A stretch of 64,000 nucleotides of DNA from Synergistales bacterium (GTDB taxonomy: Bacteria; Synergistota; Synergistia; Synergistales; JAFGMB01), in contig OY762654.1 in assembly GCA_963666205.1 (NCBI GenBank), forward strand, positions 1,776,752 through 1,840,751, in the 5' to 3' direction. The translations under genes and the position numbers were made by a program. Of this stretch, positions 1-9,606 are shown piece after piece. How positions within the stretch are numbered: the first letter of the stretch is position 1; each line of letters begins with the position of its first letter. The notes below the pieces were generated by a model. That model worked only from the letters and a program-made list of their open reading frames with translations, made no database searches and had not been told where the DNA came from.

Positions 1-235
1 CAGCTGCAATAAGGTTCATATTTTCAACAGAAGCACCTGTTGACTGGGCGGTGATATTTACATCTGATACATGATTGCTGATGATCTGGGCGATTGCCCC
101 TCCAAGTGGATAGTATGTTCCTGCTGTTCCACCTGTAGCAAGGGTCCACTGAAGAGTACGTGCAGATGCTCCACCTGCTATGGACATGATGCATAGTGTT
201 ACAAGAAGAATCCTGATCCAGTTTTTTCTTAACAT
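1..235 (-). CDS. TAXI-family TRAP transporter solute-binding protein, N-terminal part (gene runs off the left edge)
   Basis: Own minus-strand translation from ATG at 235-233: MLRKNWIRILLVTLCIMSIAGGASARTLQWTLATGGTAGTYYPLGGAIAQIISNHVSDVNITAQSTGASVENMNLIAA. Signal peptide followed by the GGTxGxYYPxGGA motif typical of TAXI receptors. GGAGG lies 5 nt upstream. Absent from the ORF track because it has no stop in the window. Confidence 0.7.
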   Translation of the reverse strand, partial: MLRKNWIRILLVTLCIMSIAGGASARTLQWTLATGGTAGTYYPLGGAIAQIISNHVSDVNITAQSTGASVENMNLIAA

Positions 236-298
236 TTTGTCCCCTCCTTTTAATTTTTGTAACGGTGTCAAGGAAATTGAAAAAGCCTCATTTCTTAT

Positions 299-1294
299 TT
301 ATGACGTTACATTAAATTTATAAAATTCAGGATTTAAGAGCCCGGGGATCTTCTCTCCTTTCAGGTAAGAAACTGTAGATAGTACAGCCCCGCTGACTTC
401 TCTGTAAAGAGCCTCTTCCGTCCATGCGGCTACATGGGGCGTCATTATAATATTGTTCTGTTTGGCCAAGGGGTGGCTTGAATTGACGGGTTCTTTGGAA
501 TATACATCTATTGCAGCTGAAGCAATGCTTCCTTTTTTCAGGGCCTTTATCAAAGCAGTCTCTTCTATAATTGGACCTCTGGCAGTATTTATTATTATCG
601 AATTCGGCTTCATGAGGTTAAATTCCGGGTCTGAGATGAAACTTTCAGTTTCTTCCGTGAGAGAACAGTTTACTGAAATTACATCTGATTCCCTTAAGAG
701 GAAGGCAAGTTCTCCCGTTGAGGTCATATTGCCGAATTCATTTTCTTTGATATCAACATAGGGATCGTAAACAATAACCTGGCAATCAAACCCCTGTAAT
801 TTTCTTGCCACTTCTTTACCTACTGCACCATAGCCTATAATGCCAACCGTTTTATTCCTTAGTTCAAAGCCAAGAAGCGTATCACTCGTTCTCCATTTGT
901 CTCTGTGTATTGTCTCAGCATGGATCTGAAGTTTCCTCAAAGAAGCAAGGATCAATAGTATGCAGTATTCGGCCACAGTTGTGTTATTAGCTCCGGGGAC
1001 ATACGAAACTGCAATCCCTTTCTTTGTTGCTTCCCTGATATCCACATTTGAAGGTTTGCCTCCACACTTTGCAATTATTCCAAGATTCCGGGCATACTTC
1101 ATATCTTCCTTGTCAACACCGCACCTTGAAGTAATTATTATGCCATTGGTTGTCTCAAGGATCTCCCTGAGGTCAGTCTTGGAAAAAGTGTCATCGGGAT
1201 AAACAAACCGGATGGTGGTCAATTCTTCGAGAGGTCTGAACCATTCCATAGGACCTTCTGGTTCAATGACGTGAATCAGTGGTTTTTCAGCCAA
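299..1294 (-). CDS. D-isomer-specific 2-hydroxyacid dehydrogenase (phosphoglycerate/glycerate dehydrogenase-like)
   Basis: ORF track 299..1405. Rossmann motif GIIGYGAVGKEVARKL plus NTARGPIIEE and HVAAWT motifs of the D-2-hydroxyacid dehydrogenase family. The first 37 aa of the ORF look non-coding. An in-frame TTG at 1294 lies 8 nt after AGGAGG, so the start is set there. Confidence 0.8.
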   Translation of the reverse strand: MAEKPLIHVIEPEGPMEWFRPLEELTTIRFVYPDDTFSKTDLREILETTNGIIITSRCGVDKEDMKYARNLGIIAKCGGKPSNVDIREATKKGIAVSYVPGANNTTVAEYCILLILASLRKLQIHAETIHRDKWRTSDTLLGFELRNKTVGIIGYGAVGKEVARKLQGFDCQVIVYDPYVDIKENEFGNMTSTGELAFLLRESDVISVNCSLTEETESFISDPEFNLMKPNSIIINTARGPIIEETALIKALKKGSIASAAIDVYSKEPVNSSHPLAKQNNIIMTPHVAAWTEEALYREVSGAVLSTVSYLKGEKIPGLLNPEFYKFNVTS

Positions 1295-1597
1295 ACATAT
1301 CTCCTCCTTGAAGTGTGAGAAAAGGATCAATGGTATATAGCTGTAATAAATCAGAGCAGTTTCCTGGTCAGAATATTTGACTGACAGCTTAAGTACATAT
1401 ATCATGTCAGATATACGATGTCAAATATTGATGCATTTGAAAGTAGCTTTCAGATTTTTGAGATAATTTGCAGAAACTCTTTTATCGGCCAGTTTTCAAA
1501 TGGCATTTATGGTAAATGTAATCTCTGATCAAGGTCTTTGCATTGCACATGATTTTTTGTACAAATAGACCTTTATATAGGGAGGAATAATTATTCC

Positions 1598-2425
1598 ATG
1601 ACAGAGAATGGTTCAATTGGTTTTTTTGATTCCGGACTTGGAGGCCTTACTGTAGTAAAAGAGGTAATGAGACTTCTCCCGGGAGAAAACATCCTTTATT
1701 TCGGAGATAACGGTCGATCTCCCTATGGAGAGTACAGTAGAGAAATTCTGCAGACCCTGTCTCTCCAGATCTCCGGGTTTCTTCTAAAGAGGAGGGCTAA
1801 AATGATAGTTGTTGCCTGTAATACTGCAACAGCTGCATCCCTGGATCTTCTTCAGTCGACTTTTTCGATTCCTGTGATCGGTGTCATTGAGCCTGGTTCA
1901 AGGGCCGCCGTTCGAGCTACGAAAAACGGGAGGATTGGTCTTCTGGCAACGAACTACACTGTTAACAGCGGTTTTTATCAGAAAGAGATTACTGATCTTC
2001 TCCCTGAAGCGGAAGTATTTTCTGAACCAGGCCCAGAATTTACACCATTGATAGAATCTGGCAAGATCGAAGATAGTGAAACCGAAGAAGCTGTGTTGAG
2101 ACATTTGAAACCATTGAAAGATAAGGATATCGATACTCTTCTTCTTGGATGTACAATTTTCCCGATTATCAATCCTTTATTCATTAAACATCTGGATAAA
2201 AAAGTTTCTATTATTGACCCTTCAATGGAAACTGCAATTTCTGTCAGGGAAATACTGCTGGAATATGGACTTGTCAATGAAGGGGAGACTTCTCCCCGAA
2301 GGGAATTTTATACCACGGGAGATCCGGATAGATTCAAAGGTTTCGGAGATCGTTTTTTGCCTGGAGCACCTATTCAGGTTTCCAATGTTGATCCGTATAC
2401 CCTTGTTCCATCTCTTAATATCTGA
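1598..2425 (+). CDS. murI: glutamate racemase
   Basis: 275 aa. FFDSGLGGLTV, VVACNTATA and LLGCTIFP motifs, which include both catalytic cysteines of MurI. AGGGAGGA lies upstream of the ATG. Confidence 0.9.
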   Translation: MTENGSIGFFDSGLGGLTVVKEVMRLLPGENILYFGDNGRSPYGEYSREILQTLSLQISGFLLKRRAKMIVVACNTATAASLDLLQSTFSIPVIGVIEPGSRAAVRATKNGRIGLLATNYTVNSGFYQKEITDLLPEAEVFSEPGPEFTPLIESGKIEDSETEEAVLRHLKPLKDKDIDTLLLGCTIFPIINPLFIKHLDKKVSIIDPSMETAISVREILLEYGLVNEGETSPRREFYTTGDPDRFKGFGDRFLPGAPIQVSNVDPYTLVPSLNI

Positions 2426-2574
2426 TAGAAAAGACAGATTAATGAATCTGTCTTTTCACGGAGTTAATTTGGTTTGTATTTTGGAAATTGATCTCGGCAA
2501 TATCTGGATTACAGGGAATGCGGGTTCCATGCATATCCTGGAAATATAATAAAACAATAAAGGAGTGTTCTGAA

Positions 2575-3468
2575 TTGAAAATAGCAGGGATGTTCGCACC
2601 GGTTCCGACTCCATTTAAGGATAATGAGGAGATCGATTTCGGAAGGTTTAAGGAAAATCTTGGGAAATGGGAAAAAACAGGGCTTGCAGGTGTTGTTGTA
2701 CTGGGATCCAATGGGGAGTTCGTTTCTCTTACCCATGAAGAAAAGGTGCAGATGATATCCTTTGTGAGAGAAAATATTTCAAAGGAAAAGATGGTTATCG
2801 CCGGAACAGGCTGTGAATCCACAAGAGAAACTATCCAGCTGACGAGAGAAGCTGCCGAATGTGGGGTTGATGCCGCTCTTGTAGTCAATCCTACTTATTT
2901 CAAGGGGAGTCTGAAAGAGGATGTATTGGAGGCACACTTCAAAAAAATTGCCGATGCATCTCCGATACCGGTAATGATCTACAACATGCCAGGAAACACA
3001 GGGATCAATATGTCTGCCAGACTTCTGGTCAGGCTTTCCAGACATCCCAATATTGTGGGATTGAAGGATAGTGGAGGAAATATTGTCCAGATCTCTAATG
3101 TTATTAACGGTGCATCAAGGGATTTTTCGGTTTTTGCAGGCTCCGGAAGTTATCTTCTGACCACCCTTGTGATGGGGGGAGTAGGTGCCACAATGGCAGT
3201 TGCTAACGTGGTTCCGAACTATTGTGTCGAAATTGAAAAGGTATTTCAGGAGGGAAATATTGAAAAAGCCAGGGATATGCAGCTAGCGCTTTTAGATCTA
3301 AATGCTGCAGTGACAAGCGGGTTTGGAATTCCCGGTCTGAAATATGCCCTTGACAGGATCGGCTATTACGGAGGACCTGTACGTTCTCCCCTGCTGCCTG
3401 TTTCCGATATTCAGAAGAAGGAAATCGATAGATTGCTTGAAGAAATTAATGCTTCTGCATGGGCATAA
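2575..3468 (+). CDS. DapA/N-acetylneuraminate-lyase family class I (Schiff-base) pyruvate aldolase
   Basis: ORF track 2488..3468. Motifs GSNGEF, IYNMPGNTG and the Schiff-base lysine in VGLKDSGGN. An in-frame TTG at 2575 lies 9 nt after AAGGAG and gives MKIAGMFAPVPTPF. An ATG at 2590 is the alternative start. Confidence 0.8.
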   Translation: MKIAGMFAPVPTPFKDNEEIDFGRFKENLGKWEKTGLAGVVVLGSNGEFVSLTHEEKVQMISFVRENISKEKMVIAGTGCESTRETIQLTREAAECGVDAALVVNPTYFKGSLKEDVLEAHFKKIADASPIPVMIYNMPGNTGINMSARLLVRLSRHPNIVGLKDSGGNIVQISNVINGASRDFSVFAGSGSYLLTTLVMGGVGATMAVANVVPNYCVEIEKVFQEGNIEKARDMQLALLDLNAAVTSGFGIPGLKYALDRIGYYGGPVRSPLLPVSDIQKKEIDRLLEEINASAWA

Positions 3469-3482
3469 GGTGGTGAACATCC

Positions 3483-4649
3483 TTGCCAATTGAATCTGCA
3501 CGTAAAATGGAAGAAATAAGACCTTCTGCTACAGTGGCAGTTTCAGATAAAGCAAGAGAACTGGCTCTGGAAGGCAGGGATATCATCAATCTTGGCGGAG
3601 GAGAACCGGATTTTGATACCCCGGAGCATGTTACTGAAGCGGGAATAAAAGCGATAAAAGATGGCAGGACCCATTATGTTTCCAGTCTTGGTATTCCGGA
3701 ACTCCGAACAGCGGTTTCCAGGAAGCTGTATGTAGAGAATGGTTTAACCTACACCCCGGATGAAATTATGGTCAATCCAGGTGCGAAGCTTGGGTTATAT
3801 GCAGCGATAATGGCATTGATCGATCATGGAGATGAGGTCCTGATCTTTGATCCAAGCTGGGTTTCATATGATGCCATAATTCGTCTTGCGGGAGGAACAC
3901 CAGTACATGTACCACTTGACAGGGGAGATAACTTCACCATAAGGAGAGAGGTTCTTTCAGAAAAGATAACACCCAATTCCAGGATGATCCTTATCAACAG
4001 TCCTAATAATCCTACAGGACGTATTCTGACACTGAAGGAGTTAGAGGTGGTAGCAGCGGCAGCAGAGCAGCACGATCTTTTTGTTCTTTCGGATGAGATA
4101 TATGAAAAGATAGCCTATGACGGTAATAAGCCGGTAAGTTTTGGGACCGTGGATGGAATGCTTGAGCGGACCATCGTTATCAATGGTTTTTCCAAGGCCT
4201 ATGCCATGACAGGTTGGCGTCTGGGATATGTAGCAGCAAAGAAAGCTCTTATGAAAGAACTTTTGAAAGTACAGCAGCATTCTGTAACATGTGCAGCAGC
4301 CTTTACTCAATATGCTGGAGTAGCTGCACTTGAAGGTCCCCAGGAAGTAATTGAAGATATGGTCTCTGTTTATGATACCCGTAGAAGGATAATAACTGAT
4401 GGTCTGAATAGTCTGCCAGGAGTTTCCTGTGAGACGCCTGAAGGAGCATTTTATTCTTTCCCGGATATTTCAGGTACTGGAATGTCATCAATGGAGTTTA
4501 CCAATTTACTTCTTACAGAAGCAGGAGTGGCTGTTACACCGGGCATAGCCTTTGGAGAATGCGCAGATGGCCACGTAAGACTCTCTTTTGCCAATTCTAC
4601 AAAGCTCATTGAAAATGCCATAGCTCGAATGAAGACATTGTTAACCTGA
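3483..4649 (+). CDS. class I/II pyridoxal-phosphate aminotransferase (aspartate aminotransferase-like)
   Basis: 388 aa. LGGGEPDFDTP, NSPNNPTG and the PLP-lysine motif SFSKAYAMTGWRLGY. Confidence 0.85.
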   Translation: MPIESARKMEEIRPSATVAVSDKARELALEGRDIINLGGGEPDFDTPEHVTEAGIKAIKDGRTHYVSSLGIPELRTAVSRKLYVENGLTYTPDEIMVNPGAKLGLYAAIMALIDHGDEVLIFDPSWVSYDAIIRLAGGTPVHVPLDRGDNFTIRREVLSEKITPNSRMILINSPNNPTGRILTLKELEVVAAAAEQHDLFVLSDEIYEKIAYDGNKPVSFGTVDGMLERTIVINGFSKAYAMTGWRLGYVAAKKALMKELLKVQQHSVTCAAAFTQYAGVAALEGPQEVIEDMVSVYDTRRRIITDGLNSLPGVSCETPEGAFYSFPDISGTGMSSMEFTNLLLTEAGVAVTPGIAFGECADGHVRLSFANSTKLIENAIARMKTLLT

Positions 4650-4746
4650 AAGAATCATTTTGAACAGCAATTGAGAGAGCATACAAGTTTTATCGATGAA
4701 TAGTCAGTTTTCACAGGATTTTTCACTACAAAGGAGGCAGGAAGAA

Positions 4747-5907
4747 ATGATAAAGACCAGGAAACTTGTAATGATCCCGGGACCGACTCCGGTGGTTCGT
4801 TCGATCCAGGATCAGATGGGCAGGGAAACGGTGGCCTTTGGAGATTCGGGTTTTGTGGAAGATTTTTCTGAGGTTCTTGCAGATCTTAAAGAATTGTGGA
4901 AATGCGATGGAGAAGTGTTTGTGGTGGCAGGGTCGGGAACGTTAGCTATGGAAATGGCAATAGCCAATACGACCAAACGTGGTGACAGCATACTGATCTG
5001 TTCCAATGGATTTTTTGGTGATCGTTTTATAGATATGTGCGAGAGGAAAGGCCTTGATGTAGATGTTCTTTCTGCCGAGTGGGGAAGCAGCGTGACCCCT
5101 GAAATGGTAGAGGCAAAACTTGAAGAGAAGAAATATGATGCGGTAACGGTAACCCATGCGGAGACTTCCACTGGAGTTGTAGCGCCGATAGGAGCTATTG
5201 GAGAGGTTCTGAAAAAACATCCTGAAACTATTTATATTGTGGATGCGGTAGCCGCAGCCGCAGGAATAGAAGAGAAGGTAGACCCCATGGGAATAGATAT
5301 ACTTCTTACATGTTCCCAGAAAGCTTTCGGAGTTGCCCCCGGACTTGGGATAGTATGGGCCAGCAGAAAGGCAATGGCCAGAAGGGAAAGCCTTGGAAAG
5401 ATCCCCGAGTCATATATAGATTTTGATAAATGGCTTCCTGTAATGCATGACCCCAGGAAATACTGGGGAACTCCTCCCATTAACATGATATGGGCTTTTA
5501 AGGAAGCTATCCGCATAATCAGGGAAGAGGGAATAGAGGAGCGATATGCCCGTCACATAAGGCAGGCAGCGATGTTTGACGGAGCTATGGAAAGTCTTGG
5601 TTTTGAAGTGGCAGCCGAGGAAGGATACCGGGCTCCGACCCTTTCTGTATATAAGTATCCTGGGGGTGCTGAAGTGGATGATGCCAGTTTCCGATCGGTA
5701 CTTGGGGAAGAGGGAGTAGAGTCGGCAGGCTGCCTTGGCAAGTACAAGGGAGTAGCCTTCAGAATGGGTCATATGGGCAATATAGACAAGCACACCCTGG
5801 TTTCTGCAATAGCAGCAGTGGAGAGGGCCTGCATGAGATGCGGAGTGGAGATAGAACCCGGCAGGGCTGTGGGAACCCTTCAGAGGGGTCTCGTCAACGA
5901 ACACTGA
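4747..5907 (+). CDS. class V aminotransferase (serine-pyruvate / alanine-glyoxylate aminotransferase family)
   Basis: ORF track 4696..5907. MIPGPTPV N-terminus and SQKAFGVAPGLG PLP-lysine motif. The ATG at 4747 lies 9 nt after AGGAGG, so the upstream 17 aa are treated as a spurious extension. Confidence 0.85.
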   Translation: MIKTRKLVMIPGPTPVVRSIQDQMGRETVAFGDSGFVEDFSEVLADLKELWKCDGEVFVVAGSGTLAMEMAIANTTKRGDSILICSNGFFGDRFIDMCERKGLDVDVLSAEWGSSVTPEMVEAKLEEKKYDAVTVTHAETSTGVVAPIGAIGEVLKKHPETIYIVDAVAAAAGIEEKVDPMGIDILLTCSQKAFGVAPGLGIVWASRKAMARRESLGKIPESYIDFDKWLPVMHDPRKYWGTPPINMIWAFKEAIRIIREEGIEERYARHIRQAAMFDGAMESLGFEVAAEEGYRAPTLSVYKYPGGAEVDDASFRSVLGEEGVESAGCLGKYKGVAFRMGHMGNIDKHTLVSAIAAVERACMRCGVEIEPGRAVGTLQRGLVNEH

Positions 5908-5965
5908 TATCCTGCTAAAACATAGGAATTATATAACTGAAAACCTGTAGGCAAAGAAGTGATTT

Positions 5966-6007
5966 AAAAAACCGGGAATGAAGGCATGCCTTTTTCCCGG
6001 TTTTTTA
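5966..6007 (+). terminator. rho-independent terminator after the aminotransferase operon
   Basis: ACCGGGAA (5971-5978) pairs with TTCCCGGT (5994-6001). An inner AAGGCATGCCTT palindrome lengthens the stem. A T-run follows at 6001-6006 and an A-run precedes the stem. Confidence 0.7.
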
Positions 6008-6212
6008 AAGATACAAAACAAACAAGCACCTGCGGGTGTTACGGGCATTGGGTTTAATGAAGGGCCTGATGTTGAAATGGAGGTACTGTGTTATCCCCCA
6101 AAGATACTGAGGAATTGCTTATTGTTCTGAAACAGATGATTGCTACAGGCCACACTGTCCTTGTATACAGATGGATTGATCCTCTAAAAAGTGAACAAGG
6201 GAGGTTCCTGTT

Positions 6213-7427
6213 ATGAAAGACTTTATGTACAGATGTTGTGGATGTGGAAAGAGTTTTCCCGGAACCAGGCTTCACTTTCGCTGCGAAGATTGTGGAGAAC
6301 CCATGGAGGTAGATTATGTCCGCCATGGAAAGATTGCCAAAGATTCTTTTTTGGGAAATACAATATTGGAAAGATTTGCAGATTTTTTCCCCTTTTCCGA
6401 AACCTGTAAAAATATATCAATGAGAGAAGGATTTACGCCACTGGTAGAATCAGAAAAACTGGAAAACGAGTTCGGAGTCAAAAAAGTATATCTTAAAAAT
6501 GAAAGTCAGAATCCAACCTGGTCTTTTAAAGATCGTGGTACTGTTGCTGGATTGAACCATGCTCTTTCTCTGGGATATAAAGCCATAGGAACAGTTTCAA
6601 CCGGTAATATGGCAGCTTCTGTAGCCGCATATGGTTCGAGGGCGGGATTAAAAACATTTATCCTTGTTGATCATAAACTTCCCCCGGAAAAACTGAATCC
6701 CATCGTAGTATATGGAGCAGATGTAATAAAGGTTGAAGGAGATTATGGAAATCTTTATTTTGAGAGTCTCAAAATCGGGAAGGACTTGGGGATATATTTC
6801 ATTAACTCCGATTCGCCCTTCCGGGTAGAAGGATCAAAGACCATAGCTTTTGAAATATATGAACAGATGAAAGGGGATAATCCTGATTTTGTTATAGTTC
6901 CAACCAGTGCAGGAGGCAATATAAGAGGAATAGCTAAAGGTTTTAAAGAGTTGAAGCAATGTGGCCTGATAGATAATATCCCGATTATTATATGTGCACA
7001 GGCTGAAGGTTGTTCCCCCATTGCTTCTGCCTGGGAAAAAGGGGAAAGTATGATTAACAGGGTAAACCATCCTGAAACTATTGCCCATGCCATAGAGAAT
7101 CCATTTCCTCCCAGTGGCAATGAAGTGTTGAGGATGCTGGTTTCTGTAAAGGGGATGTGTGTATCAGTATCAGACAATGAAATTCTTGATGCCCAGAAGA
7201 AACTGGCTCATGAAGGGATCTTTATACAGCCAGCCTCAGCCACCCCCATTGCAGTAATGGCAAAACTCAAGGAAAGGGGTTATTGGAAAGGGAATGAAAA
7301 AGTGGCTTGTGTTCTTACAGGAAGTGGTTTGAAGTTTACAGCCGTGTTCGAAAAATTGGGCTTATCCTCCCAAAATTGTAAAATCAGGGAACTGGGGAAT
7401 GTGATTGCAGAATTAATGGATAAATAG
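6213..7427 (+). CDS. thrC: threonine synthase family PLP enzyme (fold type II) with N-terminal zinc ribbon
   Basis: 404 aa. N-terminal CCGCG...CEDCG ribbon, PLP-lysine motif NPTWSFKDRG and a glycine-rich loop SAGGNIRG. GGGAGG RBS upstream. The exact reaction is not provable from sequence. Confidence 0.7.
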   Translation: MKDFMYRCCGCGKSFPGTRLHFRCEDCGEPMEVDYVRHGKIAKDSFLGNTILERFADFFPFSETCKNISMREGFTPLVESEKLENEFGVKKVYLKNESQNPTWSFKDRGTVAGLNHALSLGYKAIGTVSTGNMAASVAAYGSRAGLKTFILVDHKLPPEKLNPIVVYGADVIKVEGDYGNLYFESLKIGKDLGIYFINSDSPFRVEGSKTIAFEIYEQMKGDNPDFVIVPTSAGGNIRGIAKGFKELKQCGLIDNIPIIICAQAEGCSPIASAWEKGESMINRVNHPETIAHAIENPFPPSGNEVLRMLVSVKGMCVSVSDNEILDAQKKLAHEGIFIQPASATPIAVMAKLKERGYWKGNEKVACVLTGSGLKFTAVFEKLGLSSQNCKIRELGNVIAELMDK

Positions 7428-7537
7428 AAACTCTGGAGTTAGTTTTTCTTTCTGGACATAACTGTAAGGGTGGATAATTAGAACTTCGTCGAATATTGTC
7501 TTTTCTTTATGTCATGATAGATTTCTAAAAAGAGGTC

Positions 7538-8224
7538 TTAATTCTGATTATTTTTAAATCTTCTGATCGCATCTAGAGTTCTTTCCATGGCTTTTAACAG
7601 GTGTTCCTCAACTTTCTGTTGAGCAAGATCAGGATCATGTTTCTTAAAGGCCTCTATTATCTCAAGATGTTCTTTTGTTATAGTTACTATCACTTCTTCA
7701 ATCCTGAGATATCCGGTTGCTTTTTCTGTAGTAAAATACATAATCCTTTCGGATTTCTGCTTCAGGTTTTCAAGGGTTTCTTTTATGAGTTTATTCTCGG
7801 TATATTTAAAGAGCAATTCATCAAGCTGTTTTTCTGTTTTGATGTAAAGGGTCATGTTACCAGGATCTTTAAGGAGGTTCAGAAATTCTGTCTTCAGCTT
7901 TTCCAGATCGGAATTTTCGGAAAGATGGGCGACAGACCTGGCGGCACTGCTTTCCAGGAGAATGCGCAACCCCCATAGATCCCTTACACTGCTTTCATCA
8001 ACTTGAGTTACGATAGCACTTTTATTTGGGGAAATCTCAACAAGGCCCTGGCTTTCAAGTTTGAGCAGGGCTTCCCTTACCGGAGTAGTACTGACATCAA
8101 ATTCATTCGCAAGGCGATCGATCTGAAGGGTTTCTCCCGGTATGTATTTATGACTGATTATCATCTGTTTTATGGAATGAAAAATCTGGTCAGACAATTT
8201 TATTTTGGTAATTTTATTACCCAT
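7538..8224 (-). CDS. GntR family transcriptional regulator (FadR/FCD subfamily)
   Basis: 228 aa. N-terminal winged helix (LANEFDVSTTPVREALLKLESQGLVE) and an all-helical C-terminal FCD-like domain. Confidence 0.85.
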   Translation of the reverse strand: MGNKITKIKLSDQIFHSIKQMIISHKYIPGETLQIDRLANEFDVSTTPVREALLKLESQGLVEISPNKSAIVTQVDESSVRDLWGLRILLESSAARSVAHLSENSDLEKLKTEFLNLLKDPGNMTLYIKTEKQLDELLFKYTENKLIKETLENLKQKSERIMYFTTEKATGYLRIEEVIVTITKEHLEIIEAFKKHDPDLAQQKVEEHLLKAMERTLDAIRRFKNNQN

Positions 8225-8677
8225 ATGAGCACGCCACTTTCATTCGGAAAGATGTAAAAAATTATTTATATTATGGATCCTTAAGGGTTTCTTATTAGTG
8301 GGATTGAATAGAAATATATGTGACATCATATATACTATATTTTAATAATTCAAAAAAATCAAGAACATTATTTACCTTCATTGCTGCAGTCTTTTTCTCT
8401 GAAAAACAGCCATACTCCCTGTTTCCAACCATCGGTTCTTATATGATTCGATATAGTCCTGAATCTGTATGGTCCTGATCTGTGGGACATTTGACGACAA
8501 AATTATCTATAAGAATAAAAACAGATCATTGAAGGTAAGTTTACACTTTTCTGATAAACAAGTTATACTACTATAACTTCAGTAATAATTCAATAATATG
8601 CTCAGGACAGATATTCTTCTGCTTTTAAATGGTTTTTTAATAAAATTAAATCTGCTGATAAAGAAGGTGTATCTTTC

Positions 8678-9055
8678 GTGTCAGAAAAAAATACCTATGT
8701 TATCTGGACAAGGGAAACATTGCTGGAAATGGCTGAAAAGGCGACCCATGGCAGTAACCCCGAGGGTGGAGTGTCCATCTCTTTTCTTCGTCAGGAGAAC
8801 GAGTGTGCTGTAAACGTTGTAGAACTGAAGAAGGGGATCCCTTCTCATAGGCATGTGAGACATGATGAGATAATCCAGATACTTGAAGGAGAGGGAAAAG
8901 CCGTAATTGATGGAGAGGAAAAACAACTCAAACCTGGAGATGTACTGTTCTGCCCGAGAAATATCTCTCATTCCCTCCATTTTCCAGTCAAACTTCTTTC
9001 CATATACACACCCTCCTTTGATCCACGGAATCCGGACAGGATCTTCGATAATTAA
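8678..9055 (+). CDS. cupin domain protein
   Basis: 125 aa, GTG start. Cupin motifs HRHVRHDEIIQILEGEG and PGDVLFCPRNISHSL. Confidence 0.7.
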   Translation: MSEKNTYVIWTRETLLEMAEKATHGSNPEGGVSISFLRQENECAVNVVELKKGIPSHRHVRHDEIIQILEGEGKAVIDGEEKQLKPGDVLFCPRNISHSLHFPVKLLSIYTPSFDPRNPDRIFDN

Positions 9056-9068
9056 AAGAGAATCATTT

Positions 9069-9101
9069 AATGGGCTGTCCTGAATGGGATAGCCCATTTT
9101 T
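9069..9101 (+). terminator. rho-independent terminator after the cupin gene
   Basis: AATGGGCT (9069-9076) pairs with AGCCCATT (9091-9098), followed by a T-run. Confidence 0.5.
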
Positions 9102-9272
9102 ACAGACAGGTTTCGGGAGTGATCTGTAAAAGGGGCCAAGCGTAATAATTTGCAGGACCATAGTGTTTGAAGGGATATGGATAAAATGAAAAAAACCCGC
9201 AAGATAAAAATATACATGGAAAGACCCTACTCTTCCGTTTGCTGAAGTAATTTCTGCTATGGAGAGGAAGAG

Positions 9273-9527
9273 ATGAAATCCTTTCCCATGAAGGACAGCC
9301 GTGTGCTGGTCGGTAATATTCTGGGGAAAATAAGGGAAAAATATGGATCCAGGGTGAGCATAAACATATATGATCCAAGGTGCTACCTCTGGTTTTTCGA
9401 TCTTGTAAGGTTCAACGTAAGGGCTACTGAAGCAACATGGATCATGGATGGGAAACTTCTGGCCAGGGGCGTTCCATCCTGGGAGGATCTTGAAATATCC
9501 ATTGATGAAAGGCTTGAGAAAGAATGA
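9273..9527 (+). CDS. small hypothetical protein, possibly a thioredoxin-fold protein lacking CxxC
   Basis: 84 aa with a GAGGAAGAG RBS. The C-terminal stretch TWIMDGKLLARGVPSWEDLEISIDERL resembles the end of small Thioredoxin_3-type proteins (..ALVIDGKVV.SGRVPS.EEI..). No redox cysteine pair is present. The similarity was judged by eye only. Confidence 0.4.
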   Translation: MKSFPMKDSRVLVGNILGKIREKYGSRVSINIYDPRCYLWFFDLVRFNVRATEATWIMDGKLLARGVPSWEDLEISIDERLEKE

Positions 9528-9606
9528 GCTGTGGTAAAATAATCCTGCCTTAATCGAGTTTTCCATCAGGTTGGTTTCATCCTTTTTCTTTGAAGGTGGG
9601 TTTGTT

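Noticed and set aside
6008-6212. The roughly 200-nt leader upstream of the ThrC-like gene, considered as a riboswitch, T-box or Thr-attenuator.
   Set aside because: I could find no conserved core of T-box, SAM, lysine or glycine riboswitches. The only mini-ORF (MKGLMLKWRYCVIPQRY) has no threonine run and no RBS.
8314-8333. The inverted repeat ATATATG-TGACAT-CATATAT, considered as a specific GntR operator.
   Set aside because: It is made almost entirely of AT dinucleotide repeats in an AT-rich spacer, so chance symmetry is likely. It is mentioned only within the low-interest spacer finding.
9186-9245. A 19-codon mini-ORF, MKKTRKIKIYMERPYSSVC, in the spacer after the cupin terminator.
   Set aside because: It has only a weak AAGGGA-like RBS. 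There is no conservation evidence and no functional hint, so it cannot be distinguished from chance.
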